From: Octopus sinensis | Lineage: Eukaryota | Length of the DNA stretch: 64,000 nt | Assembly: GCF_006345805.1 (NCBI RefSeq) | Contig: NC_043005.1 | Coordinates: forward strand, 73,718,001-73,782,000 | Reading direction: 5' to 3' | Shown here: piece by piece, positions 53,031 to 64,000 of the stretch | Layout: every line of letters starts with the position of its first letter | Numbering within the stretch: the first letter of the stretch is position 1 | Made by a program: the position numbers and the translations under genes | The notes under the pieces: generated by a model | Seen by the model: only the letters and a program-made list of their open reading frames with translations | Databases searched by the model: none | What the model was told of the DNA's origin: nothing

Positions 53031-53288
53031 AAACTTTTGTTTTACTATTACTTATCTTTTTTTTCTTTTCTTTTCTCCCTTACATCTAGTTAGTTCTGGT
53101 TATATATATATATACGTATGTATGTATGTATGTATGTATGTATGTATGTATGTATGTATGTATGTATGTATGTATGTATGTGTGTATGCACGTACGTACG
53201 CATGTGCGTATGTATGTATATTCATATGCATAAGGGAGAAAAGAAAAGAAAAGAAAAAAAATGATAAGTAATAGTAAAACAAAAGTTT
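53031..53288. repeat. ~55-bp inverted repeats flanking a (TATG)n tract
   Basis: AAACTTTTGTTTTACTATTACTTATC...TTTTCTCCCTTA (53031-53082) is mirrored at 53231-53288. Confidence 0.85.
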
Positions 53289-53843
53289 TGTGATATAGAG
53301 ATAAATGTCTGATAATAGGTCTTAGAGTTTTGCTTTAGGGGTGAGGGAGGTAAATCACTTCCTAGTTTCGGCGGGGGGAGGTTGAAATTTGATATTGTGA
53401 TGAGTGGTCAGTCTACATCTATCCATCACTACAGATTTATAGCTTTAAGTTTATAGTGTGTATGTGCGTGCATATACACACACATACATACATACATACA
53501 TACATACATACATACATACATACATACATACATACATACATACATACATACCATACATACATACATACATACATACACACAGGCGTACGTACGTACATAC
53601 ATACATGCATGCATACTTGCGTGTATACATACCTACACACATACATACGTACATATATATAACGAACTATCTGTTCATTTCTCAGATGAAGCCCGGATTT
53701 TTGTCAGTGAACAGGTCGCGGTCTTATAGCGACGAAAATATTTTGACAAATTAAACTTAAATGTTGAAGTGAATCGAACGGCGTTTGTGTGTTTCTTAAA
53801 TGGTTTACAAACAACTTCCACGCTGCAATTGTTTATATATATA

Positions 53844-55284
53844 TATAGAGTCTTGCAGACAAATTCAGACCAATTTTATCAGTTGATTTAGTAGGTTTGA
53901 CATTTCATTTTTTGACAAAATCTTGCTTGCTTGAAAAATCTAATCTAATTCAGGTAAAAAGCAAACGGATCGACAACAGAAAGTCATAGAACAACAGAAT
54001 CGTTCCGCCATTGTTGTCTTGGTGCGATCCGGGCACACTGCCAATAAAATTAAGCTGACTCAAATTCGAAAAGCAACAGTTTATCACGTTCATAAACAAG
54101 TTAATGAATAGGGAAAGATTGGTAGAAAAGAGCACAAAACTCGAAGTGATTCCAAGCGCAGTCTAGTTTTTCGCTAGCTTCAAACATTCGATTGAAGCCA
54201 ACCCACCCAGATCCATAGCAACTCTTGCAAAGAAACGTAACGTATCCCTTTCCACGGTGTCCAGAACTGTGGGCAGGAACTTCGGCATGATTAGCTATGT
54301 TCGACGATGCCGTCACTTCCTAACAGTCAAGGCCAAATCAGTCAGACCCTAGAGGTACCCAAAGCTTCTTTCATTCCTCAAGCATCAAGGGAAAACTCTC
54401 GTGTTTGTGGACCAGAAGTTCACTATGGACACTGAGACGAATTGTAGAAATTCTCGAGTGATTGCATACAACCCTTCTGACGTCCCTGCTGTGTTTGTGA
54501 CTAAGAATCCTTCTATGTTATGGTATAAGGCGGCGAGCTGGCAGAATCGTTAGCACGCCGGGCGAAATGCTCAGCGGTATTTCGTCTGGCGCTACGTTCT
54601 GAGTCCAAATTCCGCCGAGGTCGACTTTGCCTTTCATCCTTAGAGGGTCGATATAATCGACTTAATCCGTTTGTCTGTCTTGTTTGTCCTCTCTGTGGGT
54701 AGTAAAAAAAATAGGTATTTGGAGACATGGTGAGTGACTGAAGTGTCAGGGATCCACATTTCATTGAGTTTGGTTTGAAGATCGCCACAAAGGAGTATCT
54801 GGACATCCTGTTACTTTGGAGGAACAGAAGTTTAGGCTTAACAATGCTGTGCTTATCCAGGATTCAGCACCATGCCATGGTTCAGAAGCAAAACAGGCCT
54901 TCCTTGGTGACAAGGTGCCATTTTTTGTGAGGGCCATCATCTGGCCCAGTAATAGCCCAGATCTCAACCTTCTCGATTAATTTTTATGGGGCGTACTTCA
55001 AGTAAGGACCAATGCATCACCACACTCGAGTGCCAACAGTTTGAAGACTTGGGTCGTTCGAGCGACACGCAAAATAAAAAGGGTGGAGGTTGCAGCAGCT
55101 GCCAAAAATTTCGTTCTCGTGTGGAGGGAGTAATCGCCCGAAAGGGCGGCCATATTGAATGATAACTGTTTTTGTTGTAATGAATGAATGTTGCATTCAA
55201 ATTATATCTGTCTACACCGTTATTTTAGTATTTATAACCAGTTTTATGCATCGTAAAAGTTGTCTCAATTTATCTGCAAGATCT

Positions 55285-55288
<4 letters not shown>
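53844..55288 (+). mobile_element. Full-length decayed Tc1/mariner of the DD37D (maT) type
   Basis: TIRs (…TCTTGCAGACAAATTCAGAC / GTCTCAATTTATCTGCAAGA…) with TA flanks. Transposase remnants LVFVDQKFT, IQDSAPCH and WPSNSPDLNLLD; I count 37 residues between D2 and D3. Confidence 0.9.
54527..54713 (+). mobile_element. Family A SINE inserted into the maT transposase
   Basis: AAGGCGGCGAGCTGG head; flanked by GGTAT at 54522-54526 and 54714-54718. Confidence 0.9.
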
Positions 55289-55334
<46 letters not shown>

Positions 55335-56029
55335 CGTGTGTATTATGTGTGTGTACACATGTACATGTGTGTGTGTTCGTGCGTATGTGTATCTGTGTAA
55401 TTCATCAATAATGCCTGCATAAATATATAAAGTTGTTCGGATATTACATATCAATTAAGTACAAATGTTATTTATCTTAAAGGGCCTCCTGGAATCGTAT
55501 GCCTAATCATATCAACGTGCTTTATGTATAATTCAACCGAATATTAACAGGAATGTAATTGGGAAATAAATTGATGTATAAAAATTTGTAAAATGTAATT
55601 AAATATATTTACATATATGAATGATAACAAATGAAATATATAAAAATTTAAGCTTGATATATATAATTACCATAACTAAATTTATATAAATTTTCTTAAA
55701 TATAATTTAACTAGCTTCGAAATTGCATAAAGTGTTTATGATATTATTAAATGTAAGAGGCTATGTAAAATATTTCAGAAACTTATACAATTTGATTGTG
55801 CAATAACTTTGAATTCCTTAAGTGAAAGATACGAAATTGGTGTTACATCGCATTTCTACCTTTGCCAAAGTGTTAAAGACGTGATCAACGAGAATTGAAA
55901 CCACGGTATTGACTCTGCCTGTCTAATCGTATACTTTTCTTTACAAGTGATGTATTATTATAATAATAATAATAATAATAATTATTATTATTATTATTAT
56001 TATTATTATCATCATCATCATCATCATCA

Positions 56030-56640
56030 TCATCGCCTTTGCACTGCTTCTAATGCTGGAAATGTACTGCGGTGTTAGCTGTTCACTACCAGTGAACTAT
56101 GGTAACACCTCTTATTTTTTGAGCACCTTCCAGGCTATTCGGGCGGTTCCAAGCAGTGCTGTTTTCTGCATGTGCTCCACCCTTATTGCAGCCTCTATTT
56201 GTTTCATGTACTTCTCGAAATTTTTGCTCTCTGTTCCCAGGGCTCCGACAATCATTGGTATTACTGCTACCTTTTTCATCGACCACAACTGCTTAACTTC
56301 CCAAGCTAAACTGTCATATCTCTCGACTTTTCTTTCTTCCTTATCGCATAATTTGTTGTCAGCTGGGCATGCTATATCTATGATCCAGCATAATTTGTTT
56401 TCTTTCTCAGTTAAGACCGTTTCCGGTTTTAAATCGCTTTATATCAGCCTCAGCCATCTTTTTTCTCTGTCTGTCTTATTTTCAACATCCCTATGAAATT
56501 GACCAGGCATTCTTTTCGTTACCCACCTATTTTCAGTTTCATTCGTTTTCAATTTCTTGTACAGTGCTTTATCTTTGCAATCTTTCATCCTACTCAAGCC
56601 TGACCTTCTAATAATAGCGATTCTGTGGCATTTTTTTACA
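56030..56640 (-). mobile_element. R4/Dong-like LINE 3' fragment with internal deletion
   Basis: GQFHRDVENKTDREKRWLRLI*SDLKPET|VLTEKENKLCWIIDIACPAD...VIPMIVGALG...MQKTALLGTARI; ends in (GAT)n(AAT)n. Confidence 0.85.
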
Positions 56641-56791
56641 TTATTTTCATTAAAGTGGCAGGTTGGCAGAATCGTTAACACACCAGGTAAAATGCTTAGC
56701 GGTATTTCATCTATCTTTACATCTCGTTTTTGGATTTGATTTGCAAGATTCTTCATATGAGTACGTGTGTTGAAGCATATTCTGTTGTGTC

Positions 56792-57430
56792 TGCGGAGCG
56801 TACTAAAGATTCTACCAGCTCTCTGCCTTAATAATAATCCTTTCTTCAATAGGCACAAGGCATGGAATTTGTGGAGAGGGTGATAGTCATTACATCGACC
56901 CCAGTGTTTCACTGGTACTCAATTTATCGACCATGAAAGGATAAAAGGCAAAGTAAACCTCGGTGGAATTTGTTATCAGAACGTAAAGATAGACTGTTGT
57001 GTCTGGGGAGAGTCATTTTCTTTTTGTGCCTTATAATGTAACACACTCACCGGTAAAATTTCCACTTATTTCTTATTTTTATTTTCCTAAAATTTTCGTT
57101 GCGTCTTTCGACCTTTTCAATGGTCTTGACTTTAGGAAAATAAAAATAAGAAGTAAGTGGAAATTTTACCGGTGAGTGTGTTACATTATAAGGCACAAAA
57201 AGAAAATGACTCTCCCCAGACACAACAGTCTATCTTTACGTTCTGATAACAAATTCCACCGAGGTTTACTTTACCTTTTATCCTTTCATGGTCGATAAAT
57301 TGAGTACCAGTGAAACACTGGGGTCGATGTAATGACTATCACCCTTTCCACAAATTCCATGCCTTGTGCCTATTGAAGAAAGGATTAGTATTAAGGCAGA
57401 GAGCTGGTAGAATCTTTAGTACGCTCCGCA
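56792..57430. repeat. Palindrome with 300-bp arms and 39-bp spacer
   Basis: 56792-57091 versus 57131-57430; four mismatches seen. Confidence 0.95.
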
Positions 57431-57559
57431 AAGTGCTTAGACGTATTTCGTCTATCTTTACGTTCCAAGTTCAAATTCTTTTCGAGTTCAATAAAATAAT
57501 TACTAGTTGAGTACTGGGGTCGATATAATCGACTAGCTCCCTTTCCCCAAATTTCAGGC

Positions 57560-58425
57560 CTTGTGCCTATAGTTGAAAAGATTATTATTTTTTATTTTAT
57601 TTTTATTATCCACTTCTTTCAATTTAGTTGCCATTTCTTGCCGAGTCTCTTCCCGACACCTAGGGCAAAGAAATTCACTGTATACATTGGTAGGCCATTA
57701 AAATAAACACACCAGGTTGTTCATTTACAAGTCATGTAATAGAAATAAAAAGAGGGAAGAAAGAAAGAAAGAAAAAGGAAGGAAGAAAAAATAAAAGTAG
57801 GGAAAAATGAAAAACATGAAACAAAGAAAATAAAAGGGTGAAAGAAAAGAAAATTCACAGAGACAATGCTCAATACGTGTGACATACCAGTTAAAACAAT
57901 CTTTTGCTCTTCTTACATGGATGGTAAGCCAAGGATCATCCTCAAATAATTTTCGGTTCCTTTTTTGATCATTCCAAGTGTTCCTACCATCAATGGTATT
58001 GTAACCGTCTTGAAAAGCCACATTTTTTTTCAATTTCAATTTGGAAAGCTTTATATTTTCTGAACTCATCAAATTCTTTTGCCGAGATATTTCTATCACA
58101 AGGTATGCTCGTGTGAGTCAATTATTTTCTCTATTGTTTTGGTCTTTCATGGCAATATCTGATTTATTAGCTTTGATGGTCTGGTCTGTATGGACTGGAA
58201 AGTTTCAAAGACTTGTTACATTTTCTGCCTCAGTTCCAACTTCAGAGTGATGCTTGTACCATTTGTCAGCAGCATTGATTTTATAATACTGATATATCAA
58301 CCCGTGTAGATATTGACCAACTCTGTTATGTTCTGATTTATACTGTATAAGTGCTAAAACTTTACACCCAGAGATTAGATAGTCCACTGTTTCAATCTCA
58401 TCGTTGTAGTATCGTGACTTTGGGT
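57560..58425 (-). mobile_element. Second R4/Dong-like LINE fragment (zinc knuckle plus REL region)
   Basis: IETVDYLISGCKVLA..YKSEHNRVGQYLH...KWYKH...IKANKSDIA...IPCDRNI...KYK..IEIEKMW; frameshifted. Confidence 0.8.
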
Positions 58426-58448
58426 CAACTTATTATTATTATTATGGT

Positions 58449-59460
58449 GAAGGCGGCGAGCTGGCAGAAATGTTAGCACGCCGGGCGAAATGCTTAGCGG
58501 TATTTCGTCTGCCGTTACATTCTGAGTTCAAATTCCGCCGGGGTCGACTTTGCCTTTCATCCATTCGGGGTCAATAAATTAAGTACCAGTTACGCACTAG
58601 GGTCGATGTAATCGACTTAATCCCTTTGTCTGTCCTTGTTTGTTCCTTCTGTGTTTAGCCCCTTGTGGGTAGTAAAGAAATAGGTATTTCGCCCGTCGCT
58701 CCGTTCTGAGTTCAAATTCCACCGAGGTAAACTTTGTTTTTCCTCTTTTCGGAATCGATAAAACAGGTACCAGTTGCACACTGGGGTCGATGGAATCGAC
58801 TCATCCCGTCTCCTAAAATGGCTGCCCTTGTGGCAAATTTTGAAACCATTATTATTAAGGTGGCAAGCTGACAGAATCGTTAGAAAGCCAGGAAAAGTGT
58901 TTAGCGACATTTCGTCCGTCTGAGTTCAAATTCCACCGAGACCGACTTTGCTTTTCACCCTTTCGGGGTCGATAAATTAAGTAGCAGTGAAACATTTGGG
59001 GTCAATGTTATCGACTAGTCCCCTCTCCCAAAATTTCAGGTGTTGTACCTACAGTAGAAAGGGTTATTATTATTATTAAGATGAAGGCGGCGTGCTGGCA
59101 GAAATCTTAGCACGCCGGACGAAATGCTTAGCGGTATTTCGTCTGTCTTTACGTTCTGAGTTCAAATACCGCCGAGTTCGACTTTGCCTTTCATCCTTTC
59201 GATAAATTAAGTGCCAGTTGCGTACTGTGGTCGATCTAATCGACTGGCCTCCTACCCAAAAAGTTCGATCCTTGTGCCTAGGGAAGAAAAGATTATTATA
59301 AAGGTGGCAAGATGGTAGAATCGTTAGCACGCCGGGCAAAATGCTTAATGGTATTTCGTACCTCCTTACGTTCTGAATTCAAATTACCCCAAGATCGACT
59401 TTGCGCTTTATCCTTTCGGGATTCCATAAGATAATGTTACCCCTCAAGTACTGAGATCGA
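58449..59460 (+). mobile_element. Head-to-tail chain of family A SINEs separated by short (ATT) runs
   Basis: Heads at ~58450, ~58858, ~59085 and ~59300. Confidence 0.85.
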
Positions 59461-59519
59461 AGTAATCACCTATCCACTAGCCCCTAAATTTGCTAGCCCT
59501 GTACCAAAATTTTTAAAAC

Positions 59520-60001
59520 ACTCATCATCATTTTCCACTTCTTCCCTCTCCTCCTCCTTATCATCATCATCATTATCATCATCATCATCATCATCATCAT
59601 CACTATCATCATCATCATCATCATCATCATCACCATCATCATCACCATCGTCATCATCATCATCATCATCATCATCACTATCATCATCATCAGTATCATC
59701 ATCATCATCATCATCATCACCATCATCATCACCATCGTCATCATCATCATCATCATCACAATCTATATATATTATTTTGGAGCGATGCTGACGGCACCTG
59801 CCACCATACATTTAAATACAAGTGCCATTTCCAATGCCAAGCTGTCTACAATTCTAAATTTAGTGATATTTCTGTTGGTTTGAAAATGTTGAAAATGTTC
59901 TTCAAATTGGTACTGCCAATGTTTATGATATTGCTACCTGCCACGCTTACCGTTACTATTGTCCCGGTGGTAGTGGTAGTGGTGGTGGTGGTGGTGGTGG
60001 C

Positions 60002-60037
<36 letters not shown>

Positions 60038-61157
60038 TGCTATTTCTGCTATTCCTGGTGGTGGTGGTGTTGGTGTTGGTGTTGGTGGAGTCTTCGGTTG
60101 TGCTGGATGGTGGGAGATGATGGTGGTGGTGGCAACACCGATGGGATGTTTATGGCAACGGTGGTGGTGTTGGTGGTGGTGATATGGTGGTGGTGGTGGT
60201 GATAGTAGTAGTAGTAGTAGCTGTTCTTGCTATTTCTGCTGGTGGTGGTGATGATGGAGATTTTGGTGGTGTTGGGCGGTGGGAGGTGATGGTGTTGGTG
60301 CCAACATTGATAGGGGTGTTTATGGCGGTGGTGGTGGCGGTGCTGATGCTTCTGGTGCTGGTGATGGTGGTGGTGGTGTTGTGGTGGTGGTGGTGTTGTA
60401 GTGGTGGTGGTGGTGTTGTTGGTGGTGGTGGTGTTGTTGGTGGTGGTGGTGTTGGTGGTGGTGGTGGTGTTGTGGTGGTGGTGGTGTTGTGGTGGTGGTG
60501 GTGTTGTGGTGGTGGTGGTGTTGTGGTGGTGGTGGTGTTGTGGTGGTGGTGTGGTGGTGGTGGTGGTGGTGGTGTTGGTGGTGGTCGTCGTCGTTGTCGT
60601 CGTCGTCGTTGTTTTCGTCGTCGTCGTCGTCGTCGGGATAAGAAGGGCGTCGATGGCAGCGGCGGCGGCGACGATGATGATAGTGCTTGATGGTGGTGAT
60701 GCCATGTTCGACGATGCTGCTGCTGCTGATGCTGCTGCTGCTGTTGACCATTGTTCCGTCTTTCCAAAAGGGAAATCACAGCCGTAACCATAAATTCCTC
60801 TGTTTTACGAATCTTTATCGAAACGGAAAGCTGTGAAGCGACAGTTGCAAGGAAAATTGCAAGGTTTTGATTTATGGCTGACACTACATCTTATCCATAA
60901 TCATGAGCTTCCTTCTTACACGTTATCCTTCTTGATAATGTTGATGTTGCTATTGTTGTTGCTATCTTTGTTGTTGTTGTTGTTCTTGTTCTTGTTCTTG
61001 TTCTTGCGCTGGTTGTATTAGCGGGGGAAGTAGTAAGCATTCTTCTATTTGTGGCTACGACAGTGAATGCAATGGCATTCGTTGAGTGCATCCCATTTGT
61101 AGTAGTAGTAGTAGTAGTAGTAGTAGTACTAGTAGTAGTAGTAGTAGTAGGTAGTAA

Positions 61158-61221
<64 letters not shown>

Positions 61222-61290
61222 GGTGGTGGTGGTGGTGATGGTAGTAGTGGTTGTGGTGGTGTTAGTAGTAGCAGTAGTAGTAGTCTTAAA
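59520..61290. repeat. Compound trinucleotide arrays (TCA, GTA, GTG, TTG)
   Basis: Direct reading; source of the poly-T/H/V/G ORFs. Confidence 0.9.
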
Positions 61291-61309
61291 TTTAATAGTG
61301 GTGGCATTA

Positions 61310-61910
61310 TATTAAGGCGGATAAGGTGGTGAGTTGGAAGAATTATTAAGCACGCCGGGCGAAATGCTTCGCAGCATTCCGCCCGTCGCTACGTTCTGCG
61401 TTCAAATACCGCCGAGTTCGGCTTTGCCTTTCATCTTTTTCGGGGTCGATAAATTAAGCGTCAGTTGTGTACTGGGGTCGATGTAATCGATTCATCCCCT
61501 CCCCACAAAATTACTGCTCTTGTGGCAAAATTTGAAACCATTATATTAATGTGGTGGCTGCTTTGCGTTCTGAGTTCAAATTCCGCCGTGCATCATAAGC
61601 GCGTCGGGCAAAATGCTTAGCGGCCTCTACGTTCAAATTTCAAATCCCACCGAAGTTGGTTTTTATCTATCATATTGTCGAAGTCGATTAAATAAGTACC
61701 AATCTGATCCTGGGGTTGATGGAATCCACTGGCTCCCCCTCCCCATTCCCACCCCCAAATTTCAGGCCTTGTCCCTATAGGCGTCAGAATTATATGAAGC
61801 GGTCAGCGGACAGAATTGTTAGTGCGTCCGATAAAAATGCTTAGCAGCAGTTCTTCTGGCGTTTTATCCGGCCCTTACCCTAAAATTACTGGTCTCGTAC
61901 CATATAATTT
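61310..61910 (+). mobile_element. Cluster of family A SINE copies and fragments
   Basis: GCACGCCGGGCGAAATGC...TTTGCCTTTCATC...GGGGTCGATGTAATCG, plus rearranged pieces. Confidence 0.75.
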
Positions 61911-62121
61911 GAAGTTATTAGAAAATAATGTTGTTGTGAGTTGATATGCCTCTGTTTCCGGTAGTGTTGATGATGATGATGAATAGGACGAGGAGTGGAT
62001 CAGAGTGGCGGCATTTATCTGATAAAAGGAAAGCTTTTAAAAGGACTTTTAAAAGGAAAGCTGTGGTAATGGCGAAAATAGAAGCAATGCAAGCAGCTCT
62101 GTAGTGGTTGACGCAGCCACT

Positions 62122-62183
<62 letters not shown>

Positions 62184-62184
<1 letters not shown>

Positions 62185-63653
62185 ATGTTCTTGTCTGCCA
62201 GTTTGATTCCGTATAATGTGTCAATTGCCCGGCTATCCCATAGACACAAGAAACAACAGTATTTTGTGAAACCTGATTGTATTCCCATTAACATTCCGAT
62301 GACTTTTAAATCAGCACATATTTTCCATGAGTATCTTTCAAAACCACTGGCATGAAGTAAAAGATCCATATTCTCATGTGATTCCCGAAGATGAATGGAA
62401 TGTGCAGTAGGAATGGAGGGCTTCAAATTGCCATTATGGAGAAATACAGCTCGTAAACTTTGTTTTGAAGAGTCAATAAACAAACGCCACTCTGCAGGAT
62501 CATGATTTTATGATAAACATTCGAAAAGTCCATTGATGTTACTGCAAAAGCAAAGCGGACCTTCAACAGAAAAACACGTTTGTAGAACCACATTTCTCTG
62601 CCGAAAATAAGTAATACGAACACTGTGCTCTAGCAGATACTTCTCCTTCAGACTTGATGCCAACACTTCTGCTTTATCTTTTGAGAGGGATATGTCTCTG
62701 ACAAGGTCATTCAGTTCAGTTTGAGGAAATTTCTGAGGTTCAAAGCAATCGTCATCAGCCACGTAATCTTCCTCAGCAGCATTATCGTGACAGTCAGCAT
62801 CATCATCTGATGTTTCAATTCATTCCATCATCTGGTGGAACTGGAATTGGCAGACTTTTATTGTGAGGCACACGTCTCATTGTAGAATCCAAATTGGGAT
62901 ATACAATTTTGTGTTTATTCCTCATAGAAAATCCTGTGACATTTACTTCGCAAAAATAAGTCATTAAAATGGTCTTTCAGCACCCTCCATATCACTGGAA
63001 TGGCAAAAGACATGAACTTCTTCTTATTGAACCAGTTATGTAAGCCATTTGAGCAAGCTGAGCAGATAAAATATGGTGCCCATAACTTGTCCTGATCTGT
63101 AAGAGGACAGTCAAAGTATAGCTTATAATTTTTCTTGATCTCTGGTGTTATTGTACGTTTTTGAGCTTTCACAATAAATTGTCTACAGATATAATAAAAC
63201 ACATCAGGACGATTTCTACACTGTCTTGACATTGTTAATACTATAAAACAAGTCAGGAAATAGATACAAGCGGTTATACTTATATTGAATTTGAGATGAT
63301 AAAATATTTCATCGGACCAGTTATTACTGGACAATTTGAAATGTTGAAATACTTATTTCATCAGACAAAACTTGATTGGTTAATTTAAGATGATGAAATA
63401 TTTCACCTAAACTATGCAGCAATGAATAATCTAGTTTATTTTAAAGGTATGTTTACATGATGTAAATGAAAAACATGCATATACGTCATTAATTGGAATT
63501 TCTATATAATGCATGAGCTAAAACCAAAAAAGCTTTTTCAACTCGAAAACTGTACGTGATGTCAAAAAACTAACTGCATATTTGAAATCAGCATTAAAAA
63601 CTACACTAAGTACACCTTGACATATGCTTGATGAAAAATATTTGTTGACCAGT
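62184..63653 (-). mobile_element. Chapaev3-like transposon, 5' half; transposase pseudogene from ATG at 63232, truncated by (TAG)n
   Basis: MSRQCRNRPDVF.YIC...DQDKLWAP.FIC..C; ELNDLVRDISLSKDKAEVLAS; EWRLFIDSSKQSLRAVFLHNGN...CADLKVIG...GFTKYCCFLCLWDSRA. The terminus TTGTTGACCAGT(A)-TAA at 63642-63657 fits a CACTGG-type end with a TWA target. Confidence 0.85.
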
Positions 63654-64000
63654 ATAATCATATTATTAAGTTGTTAAAAGCTCATAAATTATAATTGCTT
63701 TCAGCAATGGTTCCTATTGTCAACATAATTATGAAACAAAATGATGAACCAAAATGTGATCTTTTAGTTCGTTACTAGAACTGCGAAAAATAGCATCCAA
63801 ATCCCTCCATATCATACAGTGCTATCTTAAAACACTGGGTGGATTATATAAATGACGAAAGAGAATATGACTTTAGGCTCTTCAGCTTTTAAGGTTTCTT
63901 GGAAGTGGGGTTCTTCATCTATATAAGAGAGTTTACACTGTATTCGCCGACTAACTTCTCTTAGATAATATGTATATCCAAATCAACAGTTTGTATTAGT

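Noticed and set aside
56053-56496. 147-aa + strand ORF (also 46174-46491 on the minus strand)
   Set aside because: Antisense frames of the R4/Dong-like LINE fragments.
60049-60884. His/Thr/Pro-rich ORFs of 218-244 aa
   Set aside because: Trinucleotide arrays open in most frames, with no splice signals or domain features.

Overview
AT-rich, repeat-saturated eukaryotic DNA. SINE families, microsatellite load and TE spectrum point to a coleoid cephalopod, most likely Octopus (inference, no database search run). No recognisable host protein-coding gene is present. Nearly all long ORFs in the supplied track are translations of microsatellites or antisense frames of retroelements. Identifiable content: tRNA-derived SINEs of at least three families (often in tandem), LINE remnants (CR1-like, RTE, R4/Dong-like), Penelope-like element (PLE) remnants, two Chapaev3-like transposase pseudogenes, a full-length decayed DD37D (maT) Tc1/mariner, a hAT MITE, a non-autonomous Helitron and many simple repeats. 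Most notable observations: (1) four dispersed minimal type I hammerhead-ribozyme motifs; (2) a 300-bp-arm, about 99% identical palindrome inside an 11-bp target-site duplication that copied its own downstream flank in inverted orientation; (3) a hAT MITE carrying a near-identical 220-bp copy of DNA located 5.4 kb away; (4) a 21-nt microexon candidate with a perfect TACTAAC branch point; (5) several further foldback structures. All alignments were done by eye, and boundaries of decayed elements are approximate.
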